Positions 26,796-36,361 of a stretch of DNA of 64,000 nt are shown in pieces. Where the stretch lies: the NCBI GenBank assembly GCA_965649295.1, contig CBFGKH010000005.1, forward strand, positions 64,001-128,000, written 5' to 3'. Every line of letters begins with the position of its first letter. The stretch's first letter is position 1. Under the pieces are notes generated by a model. The model searched no databases and was not told the DNA's origin. It saw nothing but the letters and a program-made list of their open reading frames with translations. The position numbers and the translations under genes are program-made. The stretch comes from a candidate division WOR-3 bacterium. GTDB lineage: Bacteria; Hydrothermota; Tepidihabitantia; Tepidihabitantales; Tepidihabitantaceae.

Positions 26796-27547
26796 TGCAG
26801 GTTGCGGACTTGACCAAGCCCGAGCACGACCAGTCGGCCAGAATCAGTGCGGAGTACAATACGACATTCTGGGTCAAGGTCGATGACTGTGCCAACATAG
26901 CGACGGAGCAGTGTTGTGACCTCTACCCGTCGGTTGATAACCGCGGAGCGTTGCTTTATCTGCATCAGCAAAGGCGCGAAGTCAGTGCTAGCTTGCCGAA
27001 GCAAGGTGTCGGCTTCTGTTACGAATGTCTCTAGCAGGGCGAAGCGGTCCCAGTCACGGCCGGTTGCTTGCCGTAGGGACACAGCCTCCGGCAGGTCGGA
27101 CGGAAATGATCGCTGGTTGACGTTCAGACCAAGTCCAATCACAACAGCATGATGCCGGCTTTCACAGAGTAGTCCGGCGAGCTTGCGCTGTTGATGAATG
27201 ATGTCGTTGGGCCAGCGGATTTGCACCTCGAGCCCGGTGATTCTTTCGATAGCGATGGCAGCGGCGAGACCGGCAGTAGGAGTCACATATTTCGGATCGG
27301 GGAAAGCGGTTTCATCAGTGTGCAACAAGAATGAGGCGGTTAGACTGTCTCTGTCTGAGAACCAGCGTCGACGGAATCGGCCACGGCCGGCGGTTTGGAT
27401 GCCAGCGATCACGATGGCGCGACGGTGGCGGCTGGCGAGTGCCAGAGCATGGTCGTTGGTTGATGTCACCGTGTCAAACAAATGAACACTGCCGAAAGTA
27501 GCAAGTCTCTCGAGCGTGTCGCCGGGGACTGCTGTCGGTTCGGTCAA
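26792..27547 (-). CDS. birA: biotin--acetyl-CoA-carboxylase ligase (no N-terminal HTH)
   Basis: VTSTND, QTAGRGR, RWPND, KLAGLLCE, IGLGLNV; likely TTG start at 27547 after AAGGA. Confidence 0.9.
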   Translation of the reverse strand: MTEPTAVPGDTLERLATFGSVHLFDTVTSTNDHALALASRHRRAIVIAGIQTAGRGRFRRRWFSDRDSLTASFLLHTDETAFPDPKYVTPTAGLAAAIAIERITGLEVQIRWPNDIIHQQRKLAGLLCESRHHAVVIGLGLNVNQRSFPSDLPEAVSLRQATGRDWDRFALLETFVTEADTLLRQASTDFAPLLMQIKQRSAVINRRVEVTTLLRRYVGTVIDLDPECRIVLRTDSGRLVVLGLGQVRNLQ

Positions 27548-27551
27548 TTTG

Positions 27552-29225
27552 CTAGTCCTTAACTCGGATGAGTTTGACGCCGGGGGCACTGCCAAGCTGG
27601 GCTAGGTAGATGCCAGGTGTAAGCCTGGATAAGTCAACGATGAAGGGTGAACGCGTAATGGCAAATGATTCGATGACACGGCCGCATGGATCGATAACGC
27701 GGAATGTAGTTGAGCCGGCTAGTGAGTCGGAGGTAGAAAAACATACCAAAGACTGGAATGGATTCGGGCTGACTCTCAGACGGTCGGCAGCGAGCAACGG
27801 CTGATGTTCATCAATGGCAGTTGGAGTTGTATTCAAGTAGAGACGGTTGCCGCGGGCACGATCCCAGTTAGTTACTGCTAGGTCGCAGTGAGCTGAGTAG
27901 CGATAGTGACAGATGACAGTGCTACCCTCCAATGGAGCTGTATTCAGGCAGAACCAGCCCGTTAGTGGGTCACAGCAGTAAGTGGCGGTGGGCAAGCGAA
28001 CGCCGTCAATGGTCAGGCTATCAAAGAACTGAGCTGGATATCGCCGCAGAGTCCAGAGTCGTCGGCTACCATCGGCAACAAAGGTATCAGCGTAGGCAAA
28101 GAGATAGCGATTACGCGAATCGGCAAACACCAGTGCCTCGCAGACGAGTGTGCCATTGTTTTGGGATTGCCAGCCTGGCAAGGTATCAAGTAGGCCAGCT
28201 TGGTTCTCAAACACTACTACTGGTTCCCACCAACCGCCAGCAGCAAGTTCTGGAAAACCATCGCCGGTTAGATCGGCCCAGGCGACACAGGCTGAGTAAC
28301 GATTTCTGTTGAGCAGTGTGTAAGCAGCTACAGTATCGAGTGATCCCTGCCGGTTGCGGAAGACTTTGATGCTGTTCGGTTCGCCGGTCTGGTTGTTTGA
28401 GGCGACCGCCAGGTCAGGCCAACCGTCTTGGTCAATGTCCCCAAAGGCAAGACGCAGTACCCAGCCGATACCGTTGTGCGCTGTCCAAGCTGGGACAGGA
28501 TCGATAACTCCAGCATCGTTACGGTACATCGTTACAAACCCGCGGTCTTCATTCGGGACCACCTGTCCGACAAAGAGATCAAGGTCACCGTCATTATCAA
28601 CGTCACAAAACCGTACTGCGTCGCTAGGGTGGCCGTTGTGAGCCGTCCAGCCGGGCAAGGTGTCAAAAGTCCCGCCGCTGTTGAAGTATATGCGAACCGA
28701 GTCAGTCTCGTTTTGATAGGCGTCACCAGCTGAGATTGCAAGGTCCAGGTCACCATCAAGGTCAACATCGCCGAGACAGCAGTCGAAGGAGCAGTGCCGA
28801 TCGGCTGACTTCCAGACCGGGAGGGTATCGAGAACGCCGTCAACGTTACGGTAGAATCGGACACGAAACTCACCGACTGTGCCAGCACCGAGATAGGCAA
28901 CGGCGAGGTCAATATCGCCGTCGTTGTCAATATCGCCAGTATAGCAGTGACCAAAATAGCCGGCATCAGCCGAGCGCCAGCCAGCAAGCGTCTGCAGTCG
29001 GCCAGTGACGTTGTAGTAAACACTGTTACTGTTCTGGGCCATGTCGTTGCCATTGGATGTAACAAGGTCTAGCCAGCCGTCATTATTTATGTCGGCCCAG
29101 GAGCCGCCGGTCGCGTAGTCGTTGTCTTGGGATTCCCAATCCGGTTGCACTGGTAGCGGTATGGAGGCGAAGGCTGCGCTTGAGAACAAGCAGACAATCA
29201 GGCAGCCGGCAGCAGTACGGTGCAT
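27552..29225 (-). CDS. FG-GAP/VCBS repeat protein with T9SS type-A-like sorting domain
   Basis: repeated DxxxDGxxDL (DINNDGWLDL, DIDNDGDIDL, DVDLDGDLDL, DVDNDGDLDL, DIDQDGWPDL); CTD PNPF..DPCGR..PGIYL..KLI. Confidence 0.88.
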   Translation of the reverse strand: MHRTAAGCLIVCLFSSAAFASIPLPVQPDWESQDNDYATGGSWADINNDGWLDLVTSNGNDMAQNSNSVYYNVTGRLQTLAGWRSADAGYFGHCYTGDIDNDGDIDLAVAYLGAGTVGEFRVRFYRNVDGVLDTLPVWKSADRHCSFDCCLGDVDLDGDLDLAISAGDAYQNETDSVRIYFNSGGTFDTLPGWTAHNGHPSDAVRFCDVDNDGDLDLFVGQVVPNEDRGFVTMYRNDAGVIDPVPAWTAHNGIGWVLRLAFGDIDQDGWPDLAVASNNQTGEPNSIKVFRNRQGSLDTVAAYTLLNRNRYSACVAWADLTGDGFPELAAGGWWEPVVVFENQAGLLDTLPGWQSQNNGTLVCEALVFADSRNRYLFAYADTFVADGSRRLWTLRRYPAQFFDSLTIDGVRLPTATYCCDPLTGWFCLNTAPLEGSTVICHYRYSAHCDLAVTNWDRARGNRLYLNTTPTAIDEHQPLLAADRLRVSPNPFQSLVCFSTSDSLAGSTTFRVIDPCGRVIESFAITRSPFIVDLSRLTPGIYLAQLGSAPGVKLIRVKD

Positions 29226-29233
29226 CGTTTGTC

Positions 29234-29262
29234 AGTCTAAGGTACCCGAACTATCGGGTCAA
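29234..29262 (-). promoter_or_regulatory. promoter, likely leaderless, of FG-GAP-birA-coaX-tsaB
   Basis: minus strand TTGACC, 17 nt, TAGACT, 8 nt, ATG; no SD. Confidence 0.6.
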
Positions 29263-29284
29263 GGCGTTGGGAGTAGCGTGCTGT

Positions 29285-29312
29285 TTGACAGTTGGTGGCA
29301 ACGTGCTACGCT
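29285..29312 (+). promoter_or_regulatory. promoter, likely leaderless, of transglutaminase-like gene
   Basis: TTGACA, 16 nt, gcTACGCT, 6 nt, ATG 29319. Confidence 0.6.
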
Positions 29313-29318
29313 GAGGAC

Positions 29319-30725
29319 ATGAAGCGATTCCAGTTGCTATTGTTGGCTTGCAGTGTCCTTATGACAGCTAATTGTGGCCGACGGTCGGACGGCGATCGGC
29401 GAGAACTAGGCGAAGCGTGGCTTGTCAACTATCTCGGTGACCAACGGGTCGGCTACTCGATGTTCCGGTCGCGGCCAGTGGCCGATGGTTACGTTTTCGA
29501 CGGCTATATTCGGCTTCGGTTGGCGATGGGCGGCAAGCCGCAGGAGATTCAGTCGCGTTCGTCGGTTCGAACCGGTAAGGACCTGACAATGCGTGAGTTT
29601 GATTTCAGCTTTGGTTCAGCCGAGCGCGCGTTCGGGGCTAAGGGCCGGGTTGAGGAAGGCAAGCTAGTTATCAGTCAGGCTGGGCAGCGTTCGCGGGAGA
29701 TCAAACTGCAGGGTCCGGTTTTCCCGATGGCCGCGATTGGGCGACTCGTGTCGCAGGCGTCTCTGAAGAAGGATTCCCTATTTCGGATTCCGGTCTTTGA
29801 TGTGTCGGTACTTGACGTTACGCCAGCGGAAATTCGCGTGCTCGGCCGTGAGAAGATTACTGTTAATGGCGAAAACTACAATGCCATTAAGTATAGTACG
29901 CAGATGGCGAAGCTGACGATGACAACCTGGGTTGATCAGAATGGAATGATACTGCGAGAAGAGTCACCGCCGCGGATGCGTTCAGAAAGGGTGAGGCCTG
30001 AGGATGTGCTAGTCGGTGAATCAGAAGACGGACGGGTTGATATTCTGCGAATGTTTGCCGTTCCGGTTGACACAACCGTACCAGCGGCTGGGACTGTCCG
30101 CTACGCTCGAATAGAACTGATTGGGATTGAAGCGGATGAGTATGCGCTGGAGGGTGGAAATCAGCGGGTAGTCTCGAAGAGCCCGTTGATCGTCGAGGTT
30201 AATACACCCGAGCTACCAGCGACACCGGTCGTGCTGCCAGTGTCTGGTGGCGATGAGTTCCTGGTGCCGACAGTCTCGCTGCAGTGTGACGATTCCAATG
30301 TCAAGGCCAAGGCGGCTGAGCTTGTCGGCAAGACGAAGGACGCCGTCGAGACTGTTCGTAAACTCGCCGACTGGGTCTTCGTTGCGCTCGACAAACAGCC
30401 TACCGCTTCTTATCCGACGGCCGCTGACGTTCTGGCCAGCAGGAGGGGTGACTGTAATGAGCACTCGGTCTTGCTTGCTGCTCTCTGTCGCGCTGCCGGT
30501 GTGCCGGCCAAGGTGGTGGTCGGACTGGTCTATATGGACGGTGCATTCTACTACCATGCCTGGAATGAGGTGTTACTCAATCGGTGGGTCCCGGTTGATG
30601 CGACGTTTGGCGAGTTTCCGGCTAGTGCCCTGCGGCTGCGACTTGCTGAAGGCGAGCTTGCCAAGCAGGCTGAGATTCTTGGGTTGGTGGGCCGATTGCA
30701 GATGCGCTTGCTGCAGTTCAAGTAG
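29319..30725 (+). CDS. transglutaminase-like cysteine-protease-fold lipoprotein
   Basis: signal ending TANC; RGDCNEHS, YHAWNEV, WVPVDAT giving a Cys-His-Asp triad. Confidence 0.88.
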   Translation: MKRFQLLLLACSVLMTANCGRRSDGDRRELGEAWLVNYLGDQRVGYSMFRSRPVADGYVFDGYIRLRLAMGGKPQEIQSRSSVRTGKDLTMREFDFSFGSAERAFGAKGRVEEGKLVISQAGQRSREIKLQGPVFPMAAIGRLVSQASLKKDSLFRIPVFDVSVLDVTPAEIRVLGREKITVNGENYNAIKYSTQMAKLTMTTWVDQNGMILREESPPRMRSERVRPEDVLVGESEDGRVDILRMFAVPVDTTVPAAGTVRYARIELIGIEADEYALEGGNQRVVSKSPLIVEVNTPELPATPVVLPVSGGDEFLVPTVSLQCDDSNVKAKAAELVGKTKDAVETVRKLADWVFVALDKQPTASYPTAADVLASRRGDCNEHSVLLAALCRAAGVPAKVVVGLVYMDGAFYYHAWNEVLLNRWVPVDATFGEFPASALRLRLAEGELAKQAEILGLVGRLQMRLLQFK

Positions 30726-30744
30726 TAGAGGCAATTGTCACAAG

Positions 30745-30778
30745 ACGCCGCAGCCCCCGAATGCGGGGGCTGCGGCGT
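30745..30778. terminator. perfect 15-bp hairpin between convergent genes
   Basis: ACGCCGCAGCCCCCG-AATG-CGGGGGCTGCGGCGT. Confidence 0.75.
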
Positions 30779-30799
30779 GCAACGCTCTGTGGTGGTCTG

Positions 30800-33352
30800 C
30801 TACTTCTGTGAGGGGGTCGGCTCGGGTGTCGCCTCGTCAGGTACTGGTTCAGTTACAAAGTCGCTCTCCTTCATGACGATTTCGATCTGTGCGCGGTCGC
30901 GGAGCGAGCGACGTAGCTCTTCGGCCAACTGGGCTTCCTGATTGCGACGCAGCTTGTTTTCAATCTTGCTGCGCACTTCGCTAAATGGCCGAGTATGAGC
31001 AGGCTTCAGCTCTTCATTGGTGACAAACACCCATGTTGAGTCATCGAGCTTGGTGACCGGCGATATGCCGCCGACCGGCAGGGCGAATGCTGCCTTGACC
31101 AGCTTCGGATTCTGCGCCTTGTCGTCGCGCGCAATCCAGTAGAGGTCGCCGCCGGACCAGCGAGTGCTGGCTCCGGAGAAGCGACGAGCAATGTCAGCAA
31201 AGCTGGCCTTCTGAGCAGTATCGCGTTTCGTTGTCTGGAGCAGTAATCGGCCGGCCGTCGTCGTTACCTCGACGAGCCCGGTTCTATTAGGATCATGAAG
31301 GGCAGCGGCGACGTGGGCCGGCAACGGTTTGGTCAGTCGGAGATAGGTACCGAGCCTGAGGCTGTCGGTTAGCGCGGCCGAGTCTAGCCGGGAACCAGCC
31401 AGCTCGCGTAGTCGGTCGATGGTGCCAACGACAAGCAACTCAGGTTCGTAGAGCTGATCATCGCGTGTGAAATCAGCAAATGCCAGGCCGAACTCGGTAA
31501 GCCCGACTGGGTAGGGGCCGACCAGCGACTGGCGCGCACCGATATCGGGGAGGCTCTTGCCGCCAGCTTGAATCAGTGTCAGCCGAGGTAGTTGTTTCGG
31601 CGCGGGCGCGAGCGCATGCTGGGCGACGATTGATTCGATGCTTGCCCCTGATCGGAGGGCGGCAAGCAGGGCGGCATTGGCAGTCGTGTCAGGCACGAGT
31701 AGGCCACGACCGTGAATCATCGGCGGCAGCCGTCCGGCTATTGCCCAGCGTCGTAGTTGCTCGGCACGTTCACGAGTAGGGGCAGTAATCTCGCGGACGT
31801 GAATGCGAGTTGGTTCTTTGAAATCGGCAATGGTCGCCTGATACTCAGCGTAGAGTGTAGCCGAGTCAAGTTTGACTTTGTCGCGGGTCATCATCTGCCG
31901 GTAGGTGTCAACAATTAGGGCATTGCGACGGGAGAGCAGATTATCAACCACTTTGTTGACAAGCCAGAGTTTCTGGCGTTCGGCTTCGACGGCCAACAGT
32001 CGTTCGAGTATCATCTGGTCAAGGATGCGACGGCGGCCTTCGGGAGAGTCAAACTGAGAACGAAAGAATGGCGGAATAGCGCTTATCCGCTCGTCGAGCA
32101 TTGCCTTGGTGATGGCGCGGCCGTTGACAATTGCTAGTGTCTCGCGGTTTTGCTCCAACGCCAGACTGTCGGCAGTAATGTTGGCCTTGCGTTTGAGCTC
32201 GGCGACTGCCGCCTCGTAGAGGCGGGTTGTGTTCTGCTGCCGCAAGTCGGCAGCGATGGTGCTCTTGACCTCGGCGAGCGGCCGCACTGACTGCGGCTTC
32301 TTTTCGGTTACGCGGAGAATGACAAAACCATCCTTGGTCTTGATTGGTTGACTAATCTCGCCAACTGCCAGTCGGAAGGCAGCGTCCTCAATCTCCTTGG
32401 GGTGGACACCACGGGCGAACAGACCCATGTCGCCGCCTCGTTCTTTGTCCGGCGCCAACGAGCTGCGACGGGCAACCGAGTCCCAAACTTGGGTGGTATC
32501 AGTGAGCAGCAACCGACGCAAGGACTCGGCTTCGGCACGAGTAGCGACGAGTATTTGCCAGCCATGGACCTTTGCCGGTGTGGTGTAGCGAGAAACCCGG
32601 TCCCGGTTGTAGGCAGCAGCAATTTCCTTGTCGGTCGGCTGAGCGCGGCTGGTTACGGTTCGTTCATACCACTCCGAGAATAGCGCTCGGTTGCGGCCCT
32701 CGCGGAACTCCTCGATAAAAGCTGGGTTTCGAGTCACGCCAGCAGCGAGAGCGGCGGTGTATAGCAACCGGTAGTCGATCATCGTATCAAGCAAGGCAAG
32801 CTTGCTTTCATACGATTCGTACGCCGACGGGTTGCGGCTGATGCGGTCGTCAAGTTCAATACGGGTTATGGGGTAGCCATTGACGTAGGCGACTCTCTCT
32901 TGATAGTTCTTTCGGAAGCAACGTTCGATTGCGTCAAGCGCGTCAGTTCCGAATCTGCTCCGAGAGTAGCGCGTGGCAACTTTCTCGTAGTTGCGGGCCG
33001 CATCAAGGAATTTTTCTTGCAGTTCCTGGGCCAGCGCCAGACGGTAGAGGACGTCGGGCAGTAGCTTGTGTTTGGGATACTGGGCTGCGAGTTCAGTGAG
33101 AATTCGTTCGGCTTCGGCGTAGTCGTGCTGCTTGTCAAGAAAATAGTCGGCGCGCTCGAGCTCAACCAGGAACCTATCGCCAGGGCGCTGGTAGCGCTGC
33201 GCTAGTCGGGCCAGTAGCCCCTCGGCGGCGGCCAGTTCGCCGGCAGCGTAGAGACGATAGAGCGAGTCCAGGTCGGCGTTCAGGCCGGCGGGTGCGGCCA
33301 GGCAGTATGTCGCCAACACAAAGAGAATGGTTGCGACCGATCCTCTTGGCAT
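30800..33352 (-). CDS. periplasmic chaperone: TPR + SurA/PrsA-like + parvulin (PpiC) PPIase domains
   Basis: signal peptide, TPR helices, VAYVNGYPIT, HGWQILV..GGDMGLF..AAFRLAVGEISQPIKT, second LAIVNGRAIT..GGDL..AAFALPVGGIS. Confidence 0.88.
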   Translation of the reverse strand: MPRGSVATILFVLATYCLAAPAGLNADLDSLYRLYAAGELAAAEGLLARLAQRYQRPGDRFLVELERADYFLDKQHDYAEAERILTELAAQYPKHKLLPDVLYRLALAQELQEKFLDAARNYEKVATRYSRSRFGTDALDAIERCFRKNYQERVAYVNGYPITRIELDDRISRNPSAYESYESKLALLDTMIDYRLLYTAALAAGVTRNPAFIEEFREGRNRALFSEWYERTVTSRAQPTDKEIAAAYNRDRVSRYTTPAKVHGWQILVATRAEAESLRRLLLTDTTQVWDSVARRSSLAPDKERGGDMGLFARGVHPKEIEDAAFRLAVGEISQPIKTKDGFVILRVTEKKPQSVRPLAEVKSTIAADLRQQNTTRLYEAAVAELKRKANITADSLALEQNRETLAIVNGRAITKAMLDERISAIPPFFRSQFDSPEGRRRILDQMILERLLAVEAERQKLWLVNKVVDNLLSRRNALIVDTYRQMMTRDKVKLDSATLYAEYQATIADFKEPTRIHVREITAPTRERAEQLRRWAIAGRLPPMIHGRGLLVPDTTANAALLAALRSGASIESIVAQHALAPAPKQLPRLTLIQAGGKSLPDIGARQSLVGPYPVGLTEFGLAFADFTRDDQLYEPELLVVGTIDRLRELAGSRLDSAALTDSLRLGTYLRLTKPLPAHVAAALHDPNRTGLVEVTTTAGRLLLQTTKRDTAQKASFADIARRFSGASTRWSGGDLYWIARDDKAQNPKLVKAAFALPVGGISPVTKLDDSTWVFVTNEELKPAHTRPFSEVRSKIENKLRRNQEAQLAEELRRSLRDRAQIEIVMKESDFVTEPVPDEATPEPTPSQK

Positions 33353-33388
33353 CTAGTTTACCTCCTTTTTAGCTGTGCCGGAACAGGG

Positions 33389-33994
33389 CTAGCGGATAAC
33401 CTGCAATGCAACCATCATCACTGTTCCGGACAGCAGCGGGATTACTACGTTGTCGTTGACATCAATTGGCAGCGCCTCAACTATTGAGGCAGAAACAGCA
33501 CCAAGGATACCGATACTGAGTGGCAGGTCAAGACCGGGCAGCCGTGAGACAATCCAGGCGACAGTCAAGCAGACGAGCAGGCCGGCCAGCATGCCCTCGA
33601 GGGTCTTGCGAAAAATACGAGTGCGACCAATCGCCAGTCCGACAAGTGCGGCAACCGTGTCGCCAAGCACCAGAAAGGAGATGGCAGCGATGAACACGCC
33701 GCGGCCGGACTGGCTGGCTCCAAAGAGCAGCATGCATGTCAGCGACGCGAGCATCAGGTAGCTACCGCCAGTCAGACCGGTAAGCTCCTTGCGGCGTAGC
33801 ATCGAGCCGAAGAGGATGATGAAGATGCTCTTGAACGGGTTGAGGCGCAGCCGCAGAATATCTATCAGGACGAAGCCAGCAGCGGCCGCGGCCATCAAGG
33901 TAATAGTAAGCTGACGGGATGGAATCAGGTAGTAGAATACCGGGATGACAATGGCGATGAGGTGGGGAAGCTTGCGATAGAACTCCGAGCCTAG
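33389..33994 (-). CDS. diacylglycerol/polyprenol (phytol/dolichol) kinase family membrane protein; start uncertain
   Basis: EFYRKLPH (upstream of first canonical start 33898), GDTVAALVG, KTLEG, DNVVIP. Confidence 0.8.
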   Translation of the reverse strand, partial: LGSEFYRKLPHLIAIVIPVFYYLIPSRQLTITLMAAAAAGFVLIDILRLRLNPFKSIFIILFGSMLRRKELTGLTGGSYLMLASLTCMLLFGASQSGRGVFIAAISFLVLGDTVAALVGLAIGRTRIFRKTLEGMLAGLLVCLTVAWIVSRLPGLDLPLSIGILGAVSASIVEALPIDVNDNVVIPLLSGTVMMVALQVIR

Positions 33995-34926
33995 AACTCG
34001 ACACCTCCGGACAACTGTTGAGGACTACCCAACTCCCTGGCTCCGGGGGCGGCGCTGGTTGCGTAGCCATAGTCAAGATGGAAACGTCCCCAACGGAGAC
34101 CGACACCGAACGCGAAGTTGTTCCGGTAGGAACCGAGTCGTCCGGCCAAGCGGTCGCGAAAGACGTATTCGACTCCGGAGTTCGGAACCAAGTAGCGCGT
34201 TGCTGGGTCAATCTCGGATTCGACCGTTAGTGAAAGTCGGTCCCGACCGAGCAGGAAGTTGCGGGCGAACCCGAGTGCAATCCTAGGTGTGATGAGGTCA
34301 CGGGTGCCAGTATCCCAGAAGAAAGGGGCGGTGCTGGCATTGCGGACGCGCAAGCCTACATCGAAGTTGAGAAAAGGGGTCAAGGTGGCGCCTAGGTCTA
34401 TACCCATGCCAAAACCTGAACCGACACCAAGACTACGGTAGATGAGTTTGACATTGCCGCCAATGGCAAGGGCCGGTGCCAGTCGGCGGGCATAGTTGAC
34501 ATAGCCGACAACGTCGTTGGCAGCAACGATATCGGTGACGTAGGGCCGGTTGGTGTCTGATAGCGGCAGTTCTGGGTAGGGTAGGGCGGTGAGCTTGATG
34601 TTGGGAATGCCGTTGTGAAGGATGGCGAAACCGAATGACTGATTCTGACCGGCAAAGGCAGCGCCAATGAAGTTATGCTTTACCATCCCGGCAAATTCCT
34701 CGGAGTGGAGCAGCAGCACCGAATGGCGCCTGAACCGGGAGGGGAGCGATGGATTGTAATAGATAGCGCTGGCGTCGCTGGCGGCAGCGACTACCGCCCC
34801 ACCCATGCCGACTGCCCGGGCCGAGGTACCTAGTTCTTCAAAGTCCCCGGCATAAGGCGTGGCAGGGACGAGACTGGTCAACATAATGAGTAAGAGCTGG
34901 TAGGCTAGGATTCTTCTTGCTGACAT
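33991..34926 (-). CDS. PorV/PorQ (UPF0164) outer-membrane barrel, second copy
   Basis: SARAVGMGGA..DASAIYYNP, GMGIDLG, terminal Phe. Confidence 0.82.
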   Translation of the reverse strand: MSARRILAYQLLLIMLTSLVPATPYAGDFEELGTSARAVGMGGAVVAAASDASAIYYNPSLPSRFRRHSVLLLHSEEFAGMVKHNFIGAAFAGQNQSFGFAILHNGIPNIKLTALPYPELPLSDTNRPYVTDIVAANDVVGYVNYARRLAPALAIGGNVKLIYRSLGVGSGFGMGIDLGATLTPFLNFDVGLRVRNASTAPFFWDTGTRDLITPRIALGFARNFLLGRDRLSLTVESEIDPATRYLVPNSGVEYVFRDRLAGRLGSYRNNFAFGVGLRWGRFHLDYGYATSAAPGARELGSPQQLSGGVEF

Positions 34927-34975
34927 GCAAGCCTCCTCGCTGGTGAGAGCCGGATAGGATGGAACTTGCTGGTTC

Positions 34976-36289
34976 TCATTGTGGCCGGGCAGTTTGATTG
35001 TCGGGCAGCCGTCGGACCGTTCCGACTAGTTGTTTCTGAAAACGATACTTGGGCGGCCGCGGGTAGGTTGGCTCGACAGCCACTGTCACTTGGTATTCGC
35101 CCGGGGGGACAAGCTGGCCGCGGTTATCGCGGCCGTCCCAAACGATTAGCACCTCACCGGGCTGCTGACGATGGGGCGGGGTGAGTGTCCGGACGGTCTG
35201 GTTTTGAGAATCAGCTACCGTGACTGTGACCTCGGCCAGCTCGGTCACATAGAGGGCAATGGTCGTGCCAGGCTTGTTGGCGTCAAATTCGGCAGGAAAG
35301 AAGCCGATGAGATAAGCGTCAATACCCAGCCAGTAATACTGGCCGCCGTCCGCTTCGACGACAAAGAGCTGGCCAAAGCGCGGCCAGATAGTGATGCCAC
35401 GCGGCGAATTGAGGCGCGAACGGCCCAGGCCTTCCTTGCCATAGGAGATGATGTACTTAAGGCTTGGGTCAAAGATATGGATCTGGTCGTTCAATTGGTC
35501 GGTGATGTAACTGTTGCCATGGCGGTCAATGGCGCAATAGGCAAAGGCTGCTTCGTCGAGACCGATGCGTCGCATGTCAACCTGAGCCGTGACCCGGCCT
35601 GACAGGTCAAGCCTGTTGACGCGGGTGCGGTGGCGGTCAATTACCACTACCGTATTGTGCTTGAAGTCGTTGTAACGCATGCCTTCGTCAATCAACGCCA
35701 CCGCGGTCGGTCCTTCGAGATCGGTGCTCCAAGTCGCGAGCAGACTGCCGCCCGAATCATAGACGACTATTCGGTTGTTTCCAGAGTCGGCAACGTAGAG
35801 CCGTCCTCGCGAATCGAGCGCGACGTCATACGGCGAAGAGAGGGCCGAGTCAACGACGCCAACCCAGCGGAGTTGACCGCCTTCATACTTGAGGCGCACG
35901 ACCCGATTGTTGTCGGTGTCGGCAACATAGACATCACCCTGAGGGTTGCAGCAGATGCCGTGTGGTCGTCGGAATTGGTCGGTGCCGGTGCCTTGAGAAC
36001 CATAGACCTTTGGCTGCAGCAGTCGGACATTATAGACAATCTGGCCGGTGCCGCTGTTGACACTGAACATTGTCAGAATGTGGTCGTCACGCATCGTGCT
36101 TGGGTCGTCTTCCTCGATCATTTTGGCCCCACAGATGCCCTGGGGGTCGCTTACCTTGAAACTGCGACCGAGATACATATTGATGAGCGTTTGGCCAAGG
36201 CGGTTGTAGCCGAGGGTGTGCTCGAACGGCGGCACCAACAGCGTACTTGGACCAGACCAATTCAGCAGCAGGATAACGAACAGGGACAC
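34976..36289 (-). CDS. NHL-repeat beta-propeller protein with C-terminal FlgD-Ig-like domain
   Basis: FRRPHGI..VYVADTDNNRV, PYDVALD..LYVADSGNNRI, LNSPRGI; WDGRDNRGQLVPPGEY. Confidence 0.88.
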   Translation of the reverse strand: MSLFVILLLNWSGPSTLLVPPFEHTLGYNRLGQTLINMYLGRSFKVSDPQGICGAKMIEEDDPSTMRDDHILTMFSVNSGTGQIVYNVRLLQPKVYGSQGTGTDQFRRPHGICCNPQGDVYVADTDNNRVVRLKYEGGQLRWVGVVDSALSSPYDVALDSRGRLYVADSGNNRIVVYDSGGSLLATWSTDLEGPTAVALIDEGMRYNDFKHNTVVVIDRHRTRVNRLDLSGRVTAQVDMRRIGLDEAAFAYCAIDRHGNSYITDQLNDQIHIFDPSLKYIISYGKEGLGRSRLNSPRGITIWPRFGQLFVVEADGGQYYWLGIDAYLIGFFPAEFDANKPGTTIALYVTELAEVTVTVADSQNQTVRTLTPPHRQQPGEVLIVWDGRDNRGQLVPPGEYQVTVAVEPTYPRPPKYRFQKQLVGTVRRLPDNQTARPQ

Positions 36290-36296
36290 TTTTTAG

Positions 36297-36324
36297 AATC
36301 TAGCTGGGGGTAGGGCAAAGTCAA
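36297..36324 (-). promoter_or_regulatory. promoter, likely leaderless, of NHL gene
   Basis: minus strand TTGACT, 16 nt, gcTAGATT, 7 nt, GTG. Confidence 0.6.
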
Positions 36325-36361
36325 GCTGACTGAGGCGACAGAACGCGATTAGTGAGACTGC

